Position numbers and translations under genes: made by a program. A stretch of 64,000 nt of DNA from Macrostomum lignano (Eukaryota), in assembly GCA_002269645.1 (NCBI GenBank), contig NIVC01000158.1, positions 434,001-498,000 on the forward strand, read 5' to 3'. Below the pieces are notes generated by a model, which had not been told where the DNA came from, did no database searches, and saw nothing but the letters and a program-made list of their open reading frames with translations. Below are positions 37,901 to 49,051 of the stretch, piece by piece (the first letter of the stretch is position 1; every line of letters starts with the position of its first letter).

Positions 37901-40107
37901 TGGGGGACTGGGGAATTGGGGAACTGGGGGACTGGGAACTGGGGGACTGGGGAACTGGGAACTGGGGAACTGGGGAACTGGGGAACTGGGAACTGGGGAA
38001 CTGGGAACTGAGGGACTGGGAACTGGGGGACTGGGAACTGAGGGACTGGGAACTGGGGGACTGGGGAACTGGGGAACTGGGAACTGGGGGACTGGGAACT
38101 GAGGGACTGGGAACTGGGGGACTGGGGAACTGGGGAACTGGGAACTGGGGACTGGGGAACTGGGGAAATGGGAACTGGGAAACTGGGAACTGGGGAACTG
38201 GGAACTGAGGGACTGGGAACTGGGGGACTGGGAACTGAGGGACTGGGAACTGGGGGACTGGGGAACTGGGGAACTGGGGAACTAGGGGACTGGGAACTGG
38301 GGGACTGGGGAATTGGGGAACTGGGGGACTGGGAACTGGGGGACTGGGAACTGGGGGACTGGGAACTGAGGGACTGGGAACTGAGGGACTGGGGAACTGG
38401 GGAACTGGGAACTGAGGGACTGGGAACTGGGGAACTGGGAACTGAGGGACTGGGGAACTGGGGAACTGGGAACTGAGGGACTGGGAACTGGGGAACTGGG
38501 AACTGAGGGACTGGGGAACTGGGGAACTGGGAACTGAGGGACTGGGAACTGGGGACTGGGGAACTGGGGAACTGAGGGACTGGGAACTGGGGGACTGGGG
38601 AACTGGGGAACTGGGGAACTGGGGAACTGGGGGACTGGGGAACTGGAGAACTGAGGGACTGGGAACTGGGGGACTGGGGAACTGGGGAACTGAGGGACTG
38701 GGGAACTGGGGAACTGGGAACTGGGGGACTGGGAACTGAGGGACTGGGAACTGGGGGACTGGGAACTGGGGGACTGGGAACTGAGGGACTGGGAACTGAG
38801 GGACTGGGAACTGGGAGACTTTGGTGCCAATCTGAATGATGGACTGCGATTTCAAAGATAGTAGGATGCACCTACAGCTGAAGTGAAGCTTTTACTCACT
38901 TGTCATTTTTCTCTGCTAACGCAGGCGCAGAAGTATCTCGGGCGGCTGGAAAGCCAATGTGAGCTCCTCGATGCTTGAGCAGCTTCCAATGACTGACAGG
39001 TGAATGATCAAATGATAAAATACGTTTCAAAATGCTAAAACATGCAGCAGTTTGTTATAATGAAGCTTGAATTTTTCTACCAGATTTCGTTCTTGGATTG
39101 ACGAGGTTGCTCAACTGTTTGGCGGCATGGACATCTGCTCTGTGGAGGCCATGCAAAACAAGGAGGGCGCCGTGTTGATTGTTGAAGTGAGCTTACTGGG
39201 ATGCCTTCCCAGACTTGAACTTCACGTTTCCCTACTGGATTCCAGTCTACCCAACTCGATTCCAGACTACCCAACTCGATTCCAGCCTACCCAACTCGAT
39301 TCCAATCTACCCAACTCGATTCCAAGCTACCCAACTCGATTCCACCCTACCAACTCGATTCTAATCTACCCAACTCGATTCCACCCTACCCAACTCGATT
39401 CCAGTCTACTCAACTCAATTCCAGCCTACCCAACTCGATTCCAATCTACCCAACTCGATTTCAACCGAGAGAATGTCTTGCTAGTATCTCCAGAAAGTTA
39501 CCTCTTTCACCCGAAACGAACCCGAAAATCACCAGGCCAACGGGTCGGACGCGCCGCTGCTCGGCGACTCGCAGGAGGAGGACCGGCGGCTCATCTCCGA
39601 GCTGGTGCTGGGCCGGATGCATCATGCCTGCTCAGCGGCCGCTGCCCGACTCAGCCGGGCGGGCAGCCTCGGCCAGGGAATCAACCGCTACTCGGCCACC
39701 CCCAATGGACCGACTCAGCCGCAGCCTCCGCTACCGCCGATGCCGCAGCAGCAGCAGCAGCAGCAGCAGGCCGCGGCGGCGGGAGCAGCGGCGGCTTCGA
39801 TGATAAAGCAGCCGATGCCCCCGCCGCAGTCGGCGCCATCAGTCGGAGCTGCCGCCTCCGCTGGACCTCCGCCGCCATCGTCTGGACCGCCGCCGCCGCG
39901 GTCTGGCGGGCCGCCGCCTCCGCCTCCGCCGCAGCAGCCGCCTGGAGGCGGCCCCCGGGGGGAGCGGCCAGACCGCCGCCGCCGCCGCCGCGCCAGACGT
40001 CGCTGCCTCGGGGCCCGGGCGGCGGCCCCGGCGGAGGCGGCGAGGAAGGCGAGGACACGATGAAGAACCTTCGCAAAACATTTGCAGGAATTTTTGGGGA
40101 CATGTGA
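22914..40107 (+). CDS. Syn: Synapsin; exons 22914-23440, 23794-23851, 24310-24401, 24923-25073, 26194-26283, 36468-36533, 36847-36989, 38925-38999, 39084-39186, 39536-40107
   Basis: Domain A MFGYFKRRFSSGDLQ with the PKA site. Domain C motifs: DEPHTDWSKYFR, FRPDFALVRQ, FPLVEQAFYP, YPLVMKIGHAHGGLGK, DIHIQKIGNNYKAF, GGMDICSVE. Domain E: DTMKNLRKTFAGIFGDM. All introns are GT-AG and phase compatible. There is an apparent 1-nt frameshift at about 39953-39962. Confidence 0.95.
25272..25945. repeat. 17-18-bp minisatellite CCCCCAGATAGCAAGCAT (synapsin intron 4)
   Basis: Direct tandem units are visible. Confidence 0.95.
28490..28568 (-). mobile_element. tRNA-derived SINE head (Pol III A and B boxes)
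   Basis: On the minus strand, TAGCCTATGG is A-box-like (28559-28550) and GGCTCGATTCC is B-box-like (28513-28503), with tRNA-like spacing. No canonical cloverleaf is evident. Confidence 0.5.
30200..34536 (-). CDS. Timp: Tissue inhibitor of metalloproteinases, about 328 aa; exons 34536-34212, 34107-33995, 33904-33763, 33600-33425, 30430-30200
   Basis: Motifs CPC...HPQQAFC, ILYQVLIKSVFR, DVCG...QSYLVTG, KCSWVAFW...YENSCLKC and C-domain ACYPRYAYC...CEW, with 12 Cys from CPC onward. GT-AG introns are phase compatible. The gene is antisense within synapsin intron 5. Confidence 0.88.
30480..31275. repeat. 15-bp minisatellite TTTCTTAATCATTAG (TIMP intron 4)
   Basis: Direct tandem units; the MIKKL ORFs are by-products. 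Confidence 0.95.
35845..36180. repeat. Imperfect long inverted repeat (arms about 35845-35990 and 36045-36180), MITE/foldback-like
   Basis: GCTTTATGAATATC..AAGAAAGGCA..TTTTGTGCTGAAAA on the left arm and its reverse complement on the right arm. A related sequence is at 12905-13015. Confidence 0.7.
37001..38820. repeat. G-rich (GGGAACT/GGGGACT/GAGGGACT) array, synapsin intron 7
   Basis: Direct reading; hundreds of G3-G5 runs. Confidence 0.95.
39230..39465. repeat. 20-bp tandem repeat CCAACTCGATTCCAGNCTAC (synapsin intron 9)
   Basis: Direct tandem units are visible. Confidence 0.9.
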
Positions 40108-42004
40108 GACTGAGCTCGGTCTGGCGACCTGCGGCTGTTTTGGCCGGAATCTGCGGTACTGGATGAACTTTAATTAGCATTAGAAGTTTTGTCTTGCTGA
40201 GCATGCTGATGAAGATGTGCCCAAAAGACAGGTTAGAACGGACAGGCAGTTTGACTGAAACTGAAGACCGCCCACTCGCATAATATTGTTTATATTTATC
40301 TACTGTTTTTATTCAATGGCTATTTTTTGTTAGAATTTTAGTATCAATTTAAGTTGTAACCAACTTTTCTTCGCCGTGCCCAGCATAATAATAATTTTAG
40401 AATGATTATATTAATTATTGTATACTTGTTTACAGTCTGATTTGTTCGAAAATATTAATCACAATTCTATAGCACCAGATTCTTAAATAGGCCTGGCACA
40501 TGTACTTTTTCTTGCTTAGAGGGAACGGTTCTAAAAGGATTAAGGCGGCACAGTTGACCCACTGACCCGTGACTGGACCCCTGAGCACACACAGGTACGC
40601 ACTTAACTAAACAGGGTATGTGTTCAGCTGCACCTGACTTTCTAATCATCGAAAATTCTGGGTGATCCTTGACTGTAATTCATGCACAGCCACTCTTGGC
40701 TTAGTAATATCTGACCCATAATACGCTCGTAATTAATAAAGTGCATAAATTTGTCAGTAAAACACTGGCTCACCATATTATATTCCTATTTTCACCAACT
40801 GCTGGCAATCCAAGCCAAATGCAATTATTGATTTCTAATTGTAGCTATAGGCTTTTCTATTCAGCTGCGTTCAACGAATGTCTAAAAAGTGCACGTTGTA
40901 CCTTTTTTAATCTGTTTACGCTCTGGTTTGAACAGCAATTTTTTTGAATTTATATAATCGATTGTTTTTGCTTTGGTGGCATAATACGGCTCCGGTTGTT
41001 ATGAATCCATGCAAGGACTACATGTATTCTTATACATTGTACACACATTAAAAAACGTGTATTCATATTCATGTATTTATTAAATATAAAAAATTAAAAA
41101 TTTATTATTTTATTTAATTATTTTATTTTATTTAATAATGTAATACTTGTAATTTATCAATATTTAGTTTATTGTACCAATGGCCGTTAAGTCGTAGAAA
41201 TTTGCAATATTTTGTTCTCAATCAATCCAGCACAATTCGATAATCATAATGAAAACTTATGTTTGAGTCGACTGGAAAGCGACAAATTTCGATAGCTCAT
41301 AACTATTTGTAGTTTCTCATCTTGGTTTACAGCAGACATTTATATTTTTCCTTTGAACGTTTTAACAAAATATTTTGATGTTGTTAATCAATTGTGTATT
41401 TCTAAGAAATGCAATAGCTATTAAAACAAATTTATGCAAAAAGTTTTATTTTGTTTTATCATTTTTAACGATAGTTTACTTTACCATTGCAAATGCGGTA
41501 TGTCGCTGCGGCTTGGCGGTCGTGGAAAACTCGTTGGTGCATTTTTCTATTAGCTCCCATAAACCAAGCTGGACAAGCACTCCGTACACTCCTATATATC
41601 TAATTAGCAGGATATCGCTTAGCTTTAGAATCTTACTAGACCATTTTATGTCTGTAGCTAGTCTCTTAACGATTGCCGATTTAAAAAATACATTTTAATT
41701 TGCAATTGCGCTTAGTAAATATTTATTATGCATTATACACAAATATTTATAGAGCCTTTTTCTTGCAAATTGTGAACTGCGAAATTGAAGAATGCTTTCA
41801 GACTATTGCTTATTTTACAGCGGGGGGTAATGCAGGTGTATGTCAGGTTTTTGCGCTAGTCCGACCATTTTCTATTAAGCGTCGTGCTTTCGGGGGGCTC
41901 AGCGGTGAACGCGTCCGATGGGTTCGATTGCGTGCGCGAACAAATTTATTTAGGACTTGTCCTCGAAAAAAATTGGCCGGTGGAGCTGCCGTGCCATTCA
42001 CGTC

Positions 42005-42828
42005 ATGGTTGCTATGGTGTGTGCTTGCCTATGGTTGCTATTGGTGTGTGCTTGCCTATGGTTGCTATGGTGTGTGCTTGCCTATATGGTTGCTATGGTG
42101 TGTGCTTGCCTATGGTTGCTATGGTGTGTGCTTGCCTATGGTTGCTATGGTGTATGTTTGCCTATGGTTGCTATGGTGTGTGCTTGCCTATGGTTGCTAT
42201 GGTGTATGCTTGCCTATGGTTGCTATGGTGTATGCTTGCCTATGGTTGCTATGGTGTATGCTTGCCTATGGTTGCTATGGTGTATGCTTGCCTATGGTTG
42301 CTATGGTGTATGCTTGCCTATGGTTGCTATGGTGTGTGCTTGCCTATGGTTGCTATGGTGTGTGTTATAGTGGTTGCTATGGTGTGTGTTATAGTGGTTG
42401 CTATGGTGTGTGTTATAGTGGTTGCTATGGTGTGTGTTATAGTGGTTGCTATAGTGCTTGCTTATGGTTGCTATAGTGTGTGTTATAGTGGTTGCTATGG
42501 TGTGTGTTATAGTGGTTGCTATGGTGTGTGTTATAGTGGTTGCTATGGTGTGTGTTATAGTGGTTGCTATGGTGTGTGTTATAGTGGTTGCTATGGTGTG
42601 TGTTATAGTGGTTGCTATGGTGTGTGTTATAGTGGTTGCTATAGTGCTTGCTTATGGTTGCTATAGTGTGTGTTATAGTGGTTGCTATGGTGTGTGTTAT
42701 AGTGGTTGCTATGGTGTGTGTTATAGTGGTTGCTATGGTGTGTGTTATAGTGGTTGCTATGGTGTGTGTTATAGTGGTTGCTATGGTGTGTGTTATAGTG
42801 GTTGCTATAGTGTGTGTTATAGTGGTTG
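42005..42828. repeat. 24-26-bp minisatellite with GGTTGCTATGG core (continues at 56204-56288 after the retroelement)
   Basis: Direct tandem units; the array is interrupted by the LTR element. Confidence 0.95.
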
Positions 42829-43405
42829 TCAAATGTTTTAGAATAATGTGTTGCGGGGGTGTGCCCCTCTGACGATGACTATGATCGTTGATGTTGCTGT
42901 TGAATCAAATAAGTCGGAGGTTCGATTTGTTTCTCTCGATCTCTAACCTTCAACAAGATGTTTATTACTAATCAATGTTAGTAGCAATTCCTAATAGGAT
43001 ATTGATCACGCAATTACGCAAATTTGTTAAGCAATTCAGTGAAAATGGAGCCACAGGCTACTTATCGATATTGTTGCACGAATTGACGTTTGTCCGGATT
43101 TATCTCTGTTAAATCGGGATATTAGAGTTCAGGCCCGATTGTTGGGGCAAGCTAGCGGAGCAGTTGGGAGGCAAAGAGGCGGAGAGCCGAGAACCGGGAA
43201 AAAACTGGAGAGAGGCTTCATTCTCACTGAACGCTAGTATATATATGATTTCTATAACGCATTTCATTGGTGTTCGCTTCACGCAATAGGATCTTTACTG
43301 GTGCACAAGCATGTGCTGTACTTTCCTGATAGAAAAAACTTCTGAAGTTCGCATTAGACTAAAAAATAACATTGGGCATAACATGCTTAAATTAAGATCA
43401 CTTCA
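42829..43405 (-). repeat. 3' LTR
   Basis: Matches 55627-56203 by inspection. TATATATA at about 43228-43236 and AATAAA (minus strand) at 42961-42966. Confidence 0.95.
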
Positions 43406-45122
43406 TTGCCCTTATTTCACAAAGCGAAGGCCCACCGAGCGGCATAAGCAAAAGAAAACAGGTGTTGGATTATTAGTGAAGTTGTAACTAATGCTACTTG
43501 TATACGAGGCGCAAGGTGTAGGCTAGAGAAAGTGGATAAAGTGGTGAGTAAAATGGTGAAAATAAGCATAAAGCATGGCTTAGGAAAGGGTATTAAATAT
43601 TAGAGTAAAGCTGTTGAAACCAAAGTTAAATGAACAGAGGAATAGCAAGGAGGATAAAATAAGTTTCAAAAGTGGCTTATTAAAGGGTTTGCTAAAACAG
43701 ACAAAGACAGATTAAACAGAGAATTTTCAGATGGACTTAAATAGGCAACAAGTAAAGTTAGAGGTATAAATAAAATTGAGTAAAGGACAGTCAAACGAAA
43801 TTGAGATTAAACTGTTATAAAGAAACGACTGGGACGCAAGGTGAAAAAGAAAGCTATTTTTAATCAAGGGTGTAGAATGTACATTGTACGTGGGGTCGAA
43901 GAGATTATTGGCTTGGGGTGGGTGTTCGTAGAGCGCGTGAGTGTACACTGAAGCTAATTCAAAGGAAAGGATGGAGTCGCGTGGTATAAATAAGATAAAA
44001 AACGATAGGGAGGGAATTTTCTAGTTCAGGTTTTGTCCGCAATTGTTTTTAAGTTTCGATATAGCTCGTTTTTCATTCAAGTTAGATTAGTCAATGGCTG
44101 GTCTGTCTTTGGGAAGAGAGCAAATTACAGAGATCGCGGCTGGTATTCTCCAGGGGCGGCACGCGTACTTCATTTCCATCAACGCGGTCGTCGCCATCAT
44201 GCTGCTGCTGCTGTTACTGCTAGTGGCGGCGTTTGTAGCCTGCTGTTGTTGCTGCAAGTGTTGTTGCTGCTTTGGCTGCTGCAGCCGCTGTTGTCGCGCA
44301 CCATTGCGGCCCGCTGCAACTGCCCGTGTCCAGGAGACTGCGGTGTAACGGCACAGTTGGTCTGCCAAGTCTTCTGCGTCCTTTGGGCGCCAACGTCAAA
44401 ACGGCCTTTTTCAAGGCCACCACGTGTCAGATAGTGCTGTTCGTCTTAGTTTTGTTGCAGCCAGTAGGGTTTCTGTTGTCAGGCCGGTGTCGTAGTTCGT
44501 AGTTAGCCGTAGTTGTCGGTAGCAGGCATGTAGTCTGTTAATTCGGAGCATAGCAGGTTGTTTGCAAGTAGTAGATATGGCTGGGCAGTGGGCCGGGTTG
44601 GTGTTGAACAGAGTCGAAGCTGAATTTCGGTCAGGGCAGCGTGTAGAGCCGGATTGCAGTGTAGAGCGGGACGGCTGTGTAGATCCGGGTAACGCGTGGT
44701 CTTACAAAAGACCGAATAGGGATTATGAGGTGACGAAAGAAAAGATCATTGAATTCACGTGGGTGAGCAAGAGTAGAGAAGATGGTTCTGATAAATTTTT
44801 TCAAGGGTGAGTGATAGTAATTAAAGGTAAGCAAATAAAATGTAGGGCTAAAGCGTTTGACGACAACAGAATAAAACAATAATTTTGATAAGAGTGTTGA
44901 GAACTGACATTTCTACTGTGAGTAGCAAAAGAGTAGCGTATTGTCAAGGAAATTATCTAACGAAGATAGATAAGTTGAAGCGGAAAATGATAAATTGCGA
45001 TTTAAGAGGAAGAAAGATATAATATATAATTATAAAACTAATAGAAATATTATAAACGAATATAATTTTCAAAACGTATCGATAATCAACTGTCCATCGA
45101 TAATCAACTGCCGCGTATTGAT

Positions 45123-47516
45123 TCACACATCCCGTGAGCGCAGATGATATCGCACAGCTGGAATAGGTTCTAGTCCGTGCTGATCACGAGTGTCAGGCTC
45201 ATCCACGACGTCAGTCTGAGTAGCGTGATGCTGTGCCAGTGGCGGGTGGTGGTCGAAGTGAGTCTGTGGTATCGATGATGTGAAGTTCGGCAGATTGAGT
45301 TCCTCTTGTGGTTGATAAGGGGAACGTTTTAGCTTGGAGGCATGGACTACGAATGGTGGCTCTGTCAGCTTATTAATATCCTGGATTAGCGCATTCTGTG
45401 GGCTCAGCCATTTTAGAATTCGCATCGGTCCTCGGAACGGATTAGAGAACTTTGTCGGCTTAGTAGCAGATATGTCTAAGTAACAGCGGGAGCCTATGGT
45501 GAGCTTTTGAGCATTAGGGGCTTTTTCTTCGTTCTGTTTCTGGGCCCGTTGATCGGCTGTAGAGTGTAGGTGATGGAGAGCAATTTCTCTGGCCAATGTG
45601 ATCGCTGAGCAGGTCAAGCTGATTGGTTGGATTTCCTCGGTGTAGATCGATATTTGATTTTCGAGGATTCTTGTGCTGGGTGCCAGGAAGTCACGGGCGT
45701 AGAACAGGTAGAATGGCGATTCCTTCATGGCAGTGTGGGCTGCGGTGTTCAACGCAAGAGTCACTGCTGGCAAATATTCGATCCAGTGATCGGGCTTGTC
45801 GTGCACAAAGGTAGTTAGTGTCTGTTTGAGGTTTCGGTGGGCACGTTCTACGAAATTGCTGGATGGTTGATAGACTGATGTGTAGATCAGTCGGATTCCC
45901 ATTGTGTCCATGTACTCGCGGAACTCCTTGGAAATGAACTGTGGTCCATTATCAGAAATCAGACAGGCCGGAAGTCCGGCTATCGCGAAGACATGTCGAA
46001 ACAAATGGTTGCAAATAGTAGACGTGGTTGTATCAGCCAGTGGTATCGTGAACAGAAACTTGCTAACACCACACTGAGCTGTCAAGATGTACTTGTACAC
46101 ATCTCGCATGTAATGAGCCGGTGGTAACGGTCCTACAAGATCAATAGCCAGGTGTGAGAAGACACTGCGGAATTTCATTGCTTTCTGTTCTGAACGCAGT
46201 CGAGGTCCTGATTTGGCTTTTTGACAAATCTCGCATTTGTTAACGAAGCTTGTCACGTCTGCGTGGCAATTGGGCCAATAGTAGAATTTGCTGAGTCGGG
46301 ACAAGGTTTTCTGAAGACCAAGGTGTCCTCCAAATGGAGAGGAATGGCATTCCTGAAGGAGAGCGTCTCTGTAGGCGGTTGGGATCACCAGACGTGGTGT
46401 CGACGAGTTAGGACTACGAGAGTCACCTTCCAATGGATCGTAGTAGAGTGTGTCGTTGGTGTAGTAGAAGTGGTGTAGATGTTTCGTCAGATGTTTTTGT
46501 TCTGTTTTCGATAAGTTCTTGTACATGGATGTTAGTACGTCGTCTTTTTGGTTCTGTAGAGTGGCTATCACTGTCGCACAGAATGGGTCTTGGTTTACTG
46601 CTTCGTGCAAGTTGTCAAAGGCTGGGATGGGATGTAAAGTATTCACACTAGGAATACGGGACAGGCAGTCGGCTACAGCGTTTGAGCGGCCTTTAATATA
46701 GTGGATCGAAAATTGGTAATCCTGTAGATGTAGAATCCACTTTTGCAGTCGTTTCGAGAGAGGCTGTTTGTCAGTGAACAGAGATTGCAACGGTTGGTGA
46801 TCCGTGAACACTGTAAATGGTAGGTGTGAGGCGTATAGGAAAACATGGAGCTTCCGAATCGCCCAATAGATAGCATAGGCTTCTCTCTCAATGGCAGGAT
46901 AACGTTGTTCCGTCGGAGTCAAAGTTTTAGAGATGTAAGCGACGGGTTGCAGATGTCCACGCGAATCGTGTTGAGAGAGGACTGCACCAAGAGAGTAGTC
47001 AGAGGCATCCGTATGAAGCACGTAGGGCTTTCGAGGATCAGGATGTACTAGTATAATATCAGTTGACAGAATCTTTCGGATGTTGTCAAAGGCCGTCTGT
47101 GTGGTAGTAGTCCATTTCAAACTTTTTGTAGCCAGAGCGTCTTTGAGAGCACGAAGCAATGGTGTCACAATCGTAGAGTATCCTTGTACATGCGAGCGAT
47201 AAAAGTTGGCAAGTCCGAGGAAGGACTGCAGTTGCTTAGGTGTCTTAGGTTCCGGGAAGTTCTTAATTTTTTCGACAAGCGCTGGTGCCGGTCGGATTCC
47301 ATGTTCGGACACTTGAAAGCCTAGATACTGTACTTCGTTCTTTGCAAAGGTGCATTTTCTAAGCGAGATACGAAGACCGTGATGGCGGAGTTTCGCCAAG
47401 AAATGTCTGAGTTCACCCAGCATGCCATTAAAGTCCTTTGCGATTAGGAGTACATCGTCCAGGTAGGCGATAAGATTAGGTGAATCTGCTGTGAGTAGAG
47501 CGACTAGACGACACAT
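45123..47516 (-). CDS. pol: Pol C-terminal part: RT (YLDD), RNase H, integrase
   Basis: YLDD; LHTDASDYSLGAVLSQ, EREAYAI, TDHQPL, ADCLSR; integrase H-H-C-C (HSSPFGGH..CEIC) and D-D-E (IDLVG, SDNGPQF, VERAHR). Confidence 0.95.
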   Translation of the reverse strand: MCRLVALLTADSPNLIAYLDDVLLIAKDFNGMLGELRHFLAKLRHHGLRISLRKCTFAKNEVQYLGFQVSEHGIRPAPALVEKIKNFPEPKTPKQLQSFLGLANFYRSHVQGYSTIVTPLLRALKDALATKSLKWTTTTQTAFDNIRKILSTDIILVHPDPRKPYVLHTDASDYSLGAVLSQHDSRGHLQPVAYISKTLTPTEQRYPAIEREAYAIYWAIRKLHVFLYASHLPFTVFTDHQPLQSLFTDKQPLSKRLQKWILHLQDYQFSIHYIKGRSNAVADCLSRIPSVNTLHPIPAFDNLHEAVNQDPFCATVIATLQNQKDDVLTSMYKNLSKTEQKHLTKHLHHFYYTNDTLYYDPLEGDSRSPNSSTPRLVIPTAYRDALLQECHSSPFGGHLGLQKTLSRLSKFYYWPNCHADVTSFVNKCEICQKAKSGPRLRSEQKAMKFRSVFSHLAIDLVGPLPPAHYMRDVYKYILTAQCGVSKFLFTIPLADTTTSTICNHLFRHVFAIAGLPACLISDNGPQFISKEFREYMDTMGIRLIYTSVYQPSSNFVERAHRNLKQTLTTFVHDKPDHWIEYLPAVTLALNTAAHTAMKESPFYLFYARDFLAPSTRILENQISIYTEEIQPISLTCSAITLAREIALHHLHSTADQRAQKQNEEKAPNAQKLTIGSRCYLDISATKPTKFSNPFRGPMRILKWLSPQNALIQDINKLTEPPFVVHASKLKRSPYQPQEELNLPNFTSSIPQTHFDHHPPLAQHHATQTDVVDEPDTRDQHGLEPIPAVRYHLRSRDV

Positions 47517-49051
47517 CAGCTGGGAGATGCGGCCAGACCCTGTGGCAAGCGATTAAACTGAAAAAGGAGGCCATTAGGTGCGATGAAGGCGGTATATTTG
47601 GCGCTGTCTGGGTCTAGTCGGACTTGGTAAAACGCGTCGGCAAGGTCGCACAACGAATAAAGTTTGGCGTCGCGTAGGCGGTGTAGGAGGTCCGGTATAC
47701 GTGGCGGGCGTATGCTTGGTGTTGTTAGAATTCGGTTGAGACGGCGAAAGTCAACGACAAGACGCAATTGGCGGCGTCCTTGTTCATCAAGTGTCTTCTT
47801 TTCGACCAGTAGACATGGGCTTGAGTATTCCGACTCGCTAGGGCTGAGTATTCCTTTGTGGATGAAATTCTCGATCAGTTGGTCAAAACGCTCTTGAAGA
47901 CCATGTGCAATCGGAAAAGGTCGCGATGTAATTGGATGCGTATGTGGTTGAACGTTAATTGTGGCGGTATATTGAGTAGTGCATCCCATATCCGTAGGTA
48001 ACAGAGCCAGCGTATCTCGGTACTCTAAAAGTAGGTCGCACAGTCTCGTAGCTTGTTCGGGTGTCAGATGCGAATTGTTAGGCCGTGTTTGTTGTTCAAT
48101 TAGCTGGCGGTCGGTCTCAGGTCGTGCGTGCGAGGTAGAGATGGTATTGACTGTTGCTGTAGGTTTTGAAGTAACAGGTGTATATTCCGCGGGATCGGAC
48201 AGACTGCCTAATCGTGTTTGAGCATAGAGTGTTACTGGCTGTAGTGAAGGGTTAGCGATCTGTATGAGGATCGAATTACCCGTTTCATCTGTAAGCGTCA
48301 AGCAGCTTGCGATTAAGAGCTTATAGCGTTGAATAGTATGATCCTTTGGTATGAATAGGACAGGCTGGCGCTTTGGATAGGTCGTGTCGATATTCGCCTG
48401 TATCCAGGTGGTAGATTGAGCGGGTATGTGAGTCTGCTTTGGCAAGTAGACTTCAGCGACCTCAGTTGCTGTGTAAGTATTCAATATGGGAAACGAAGTG
48501 CCATCGATTTGTGCTTCTGACTTGGCGTAGTCAATGGACAGTGGTATGCCAAGGGATTTAAAGGTTTCGACACCGAGAATTAGATCATAATCGGGTGGCA
48601 TAGCCTCCAATATGTAAGCTGTGATTTTCCGATTTGATGATCCGATGATCATACTAAATTTAGCCTGTTTAGTTACGTTAAGAAGTTGTCCTCCTGCACA
48701 TTGAACGCGTATTTTACAGGGTAAAATGTCAGCCTGTAGTTTCTGTGCGAAGGTAGGTGAAACGCAAGAGATAGAGGCGCCACTATCAATCAGCGCGGTG
48801 CACTTGCATTTGGTCATTCTTGGGCTTGTGCACCAGAGCGTGATGAGGGTTCGCATCGTAAGATGTTTCAAGACGGTGTTGTAGGCAACCGGCCAGTGTT
48901 GAAGTGTCGGGTAGAGTCTTGAATCTGTCCGTGAAGAAGTAGACGGTATAGCTGGCTGTCGTTCTTCGAGTTCCATAGGTGGAGCTGATGGGGCTGTCGC
49001 CTTTGTGTTTCTCCTAGAGGGCGAAGTAAGTACTAATGGTACTAACGACAC
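47516..49051 (-). CDS. pol: Pol N-terminal part: aspartic protease and first half of RT
   Basis: ALIDSGAS protease active site; SPCLLVEKK, LVVDFRRLN, DLADAFYQV, TAFIAP and RLPQGL RT motifs. The ORF ends at a TGA that overlaps the ATG of the next ORF. Confidence 0.95.
   Translation of the reverse strand: MSLVPLVLTSPSRRNTKATAPSAPPMELEERQPAIPSTSSRTDSRLYPTLQHWPVAYNTVLKHLTMRTLITLWCTSPRMTKCKCTALIDSGASISCVSPTFAQKLQADILPCKIRVQCAGGQLLNVTKQAKFSMIIGSSNRKITAYILEAMPPDYDLILGVETFKSLGIPLSIDYAKSEAQIDGTSFPILNTYTATEVAEVYLPKQTHIPAQSTTWIQANIDTTYPKRQPVLFIPKDHTIQRYKLLIASCLTLTDETGNSILIQIANPSLQPVTLYAQTRLGSLSDPAEYTPVTSKPTATVNTISTSHARPETDRQLIEQQTRPNNSHLTPEQATRLCDLLLEYRDTLALLPTDMGCTTQYTATINVQPHTHPITSRPFPIAHGLQERFDQLIENFIHKGILSPSESEYSSPCLLVEKKTLDEQGRRQLRLVVDFRRLNRILTTPSIRPPRIPDLLHRLRDAKLYSLCDLADAFYQVRLDPDSAKYTAFIAPNGLLFQFNRLPQGLAASPS

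Noticed and set aside
39187-39535. Open frame through synapsin intron 9 (ORF 39067-40107)
   Set aside because: It is bounded by GT-AG, filled with a 20-bp repeat, and removing it restores the conserved domain-C sequence.
39953-39963. Canonical -1 ribosomal slippery site in synapsin
   Set aside because: In the reading frame the run does not fit X XXY YYZ, so programmed frameshifting is not supported by motif.
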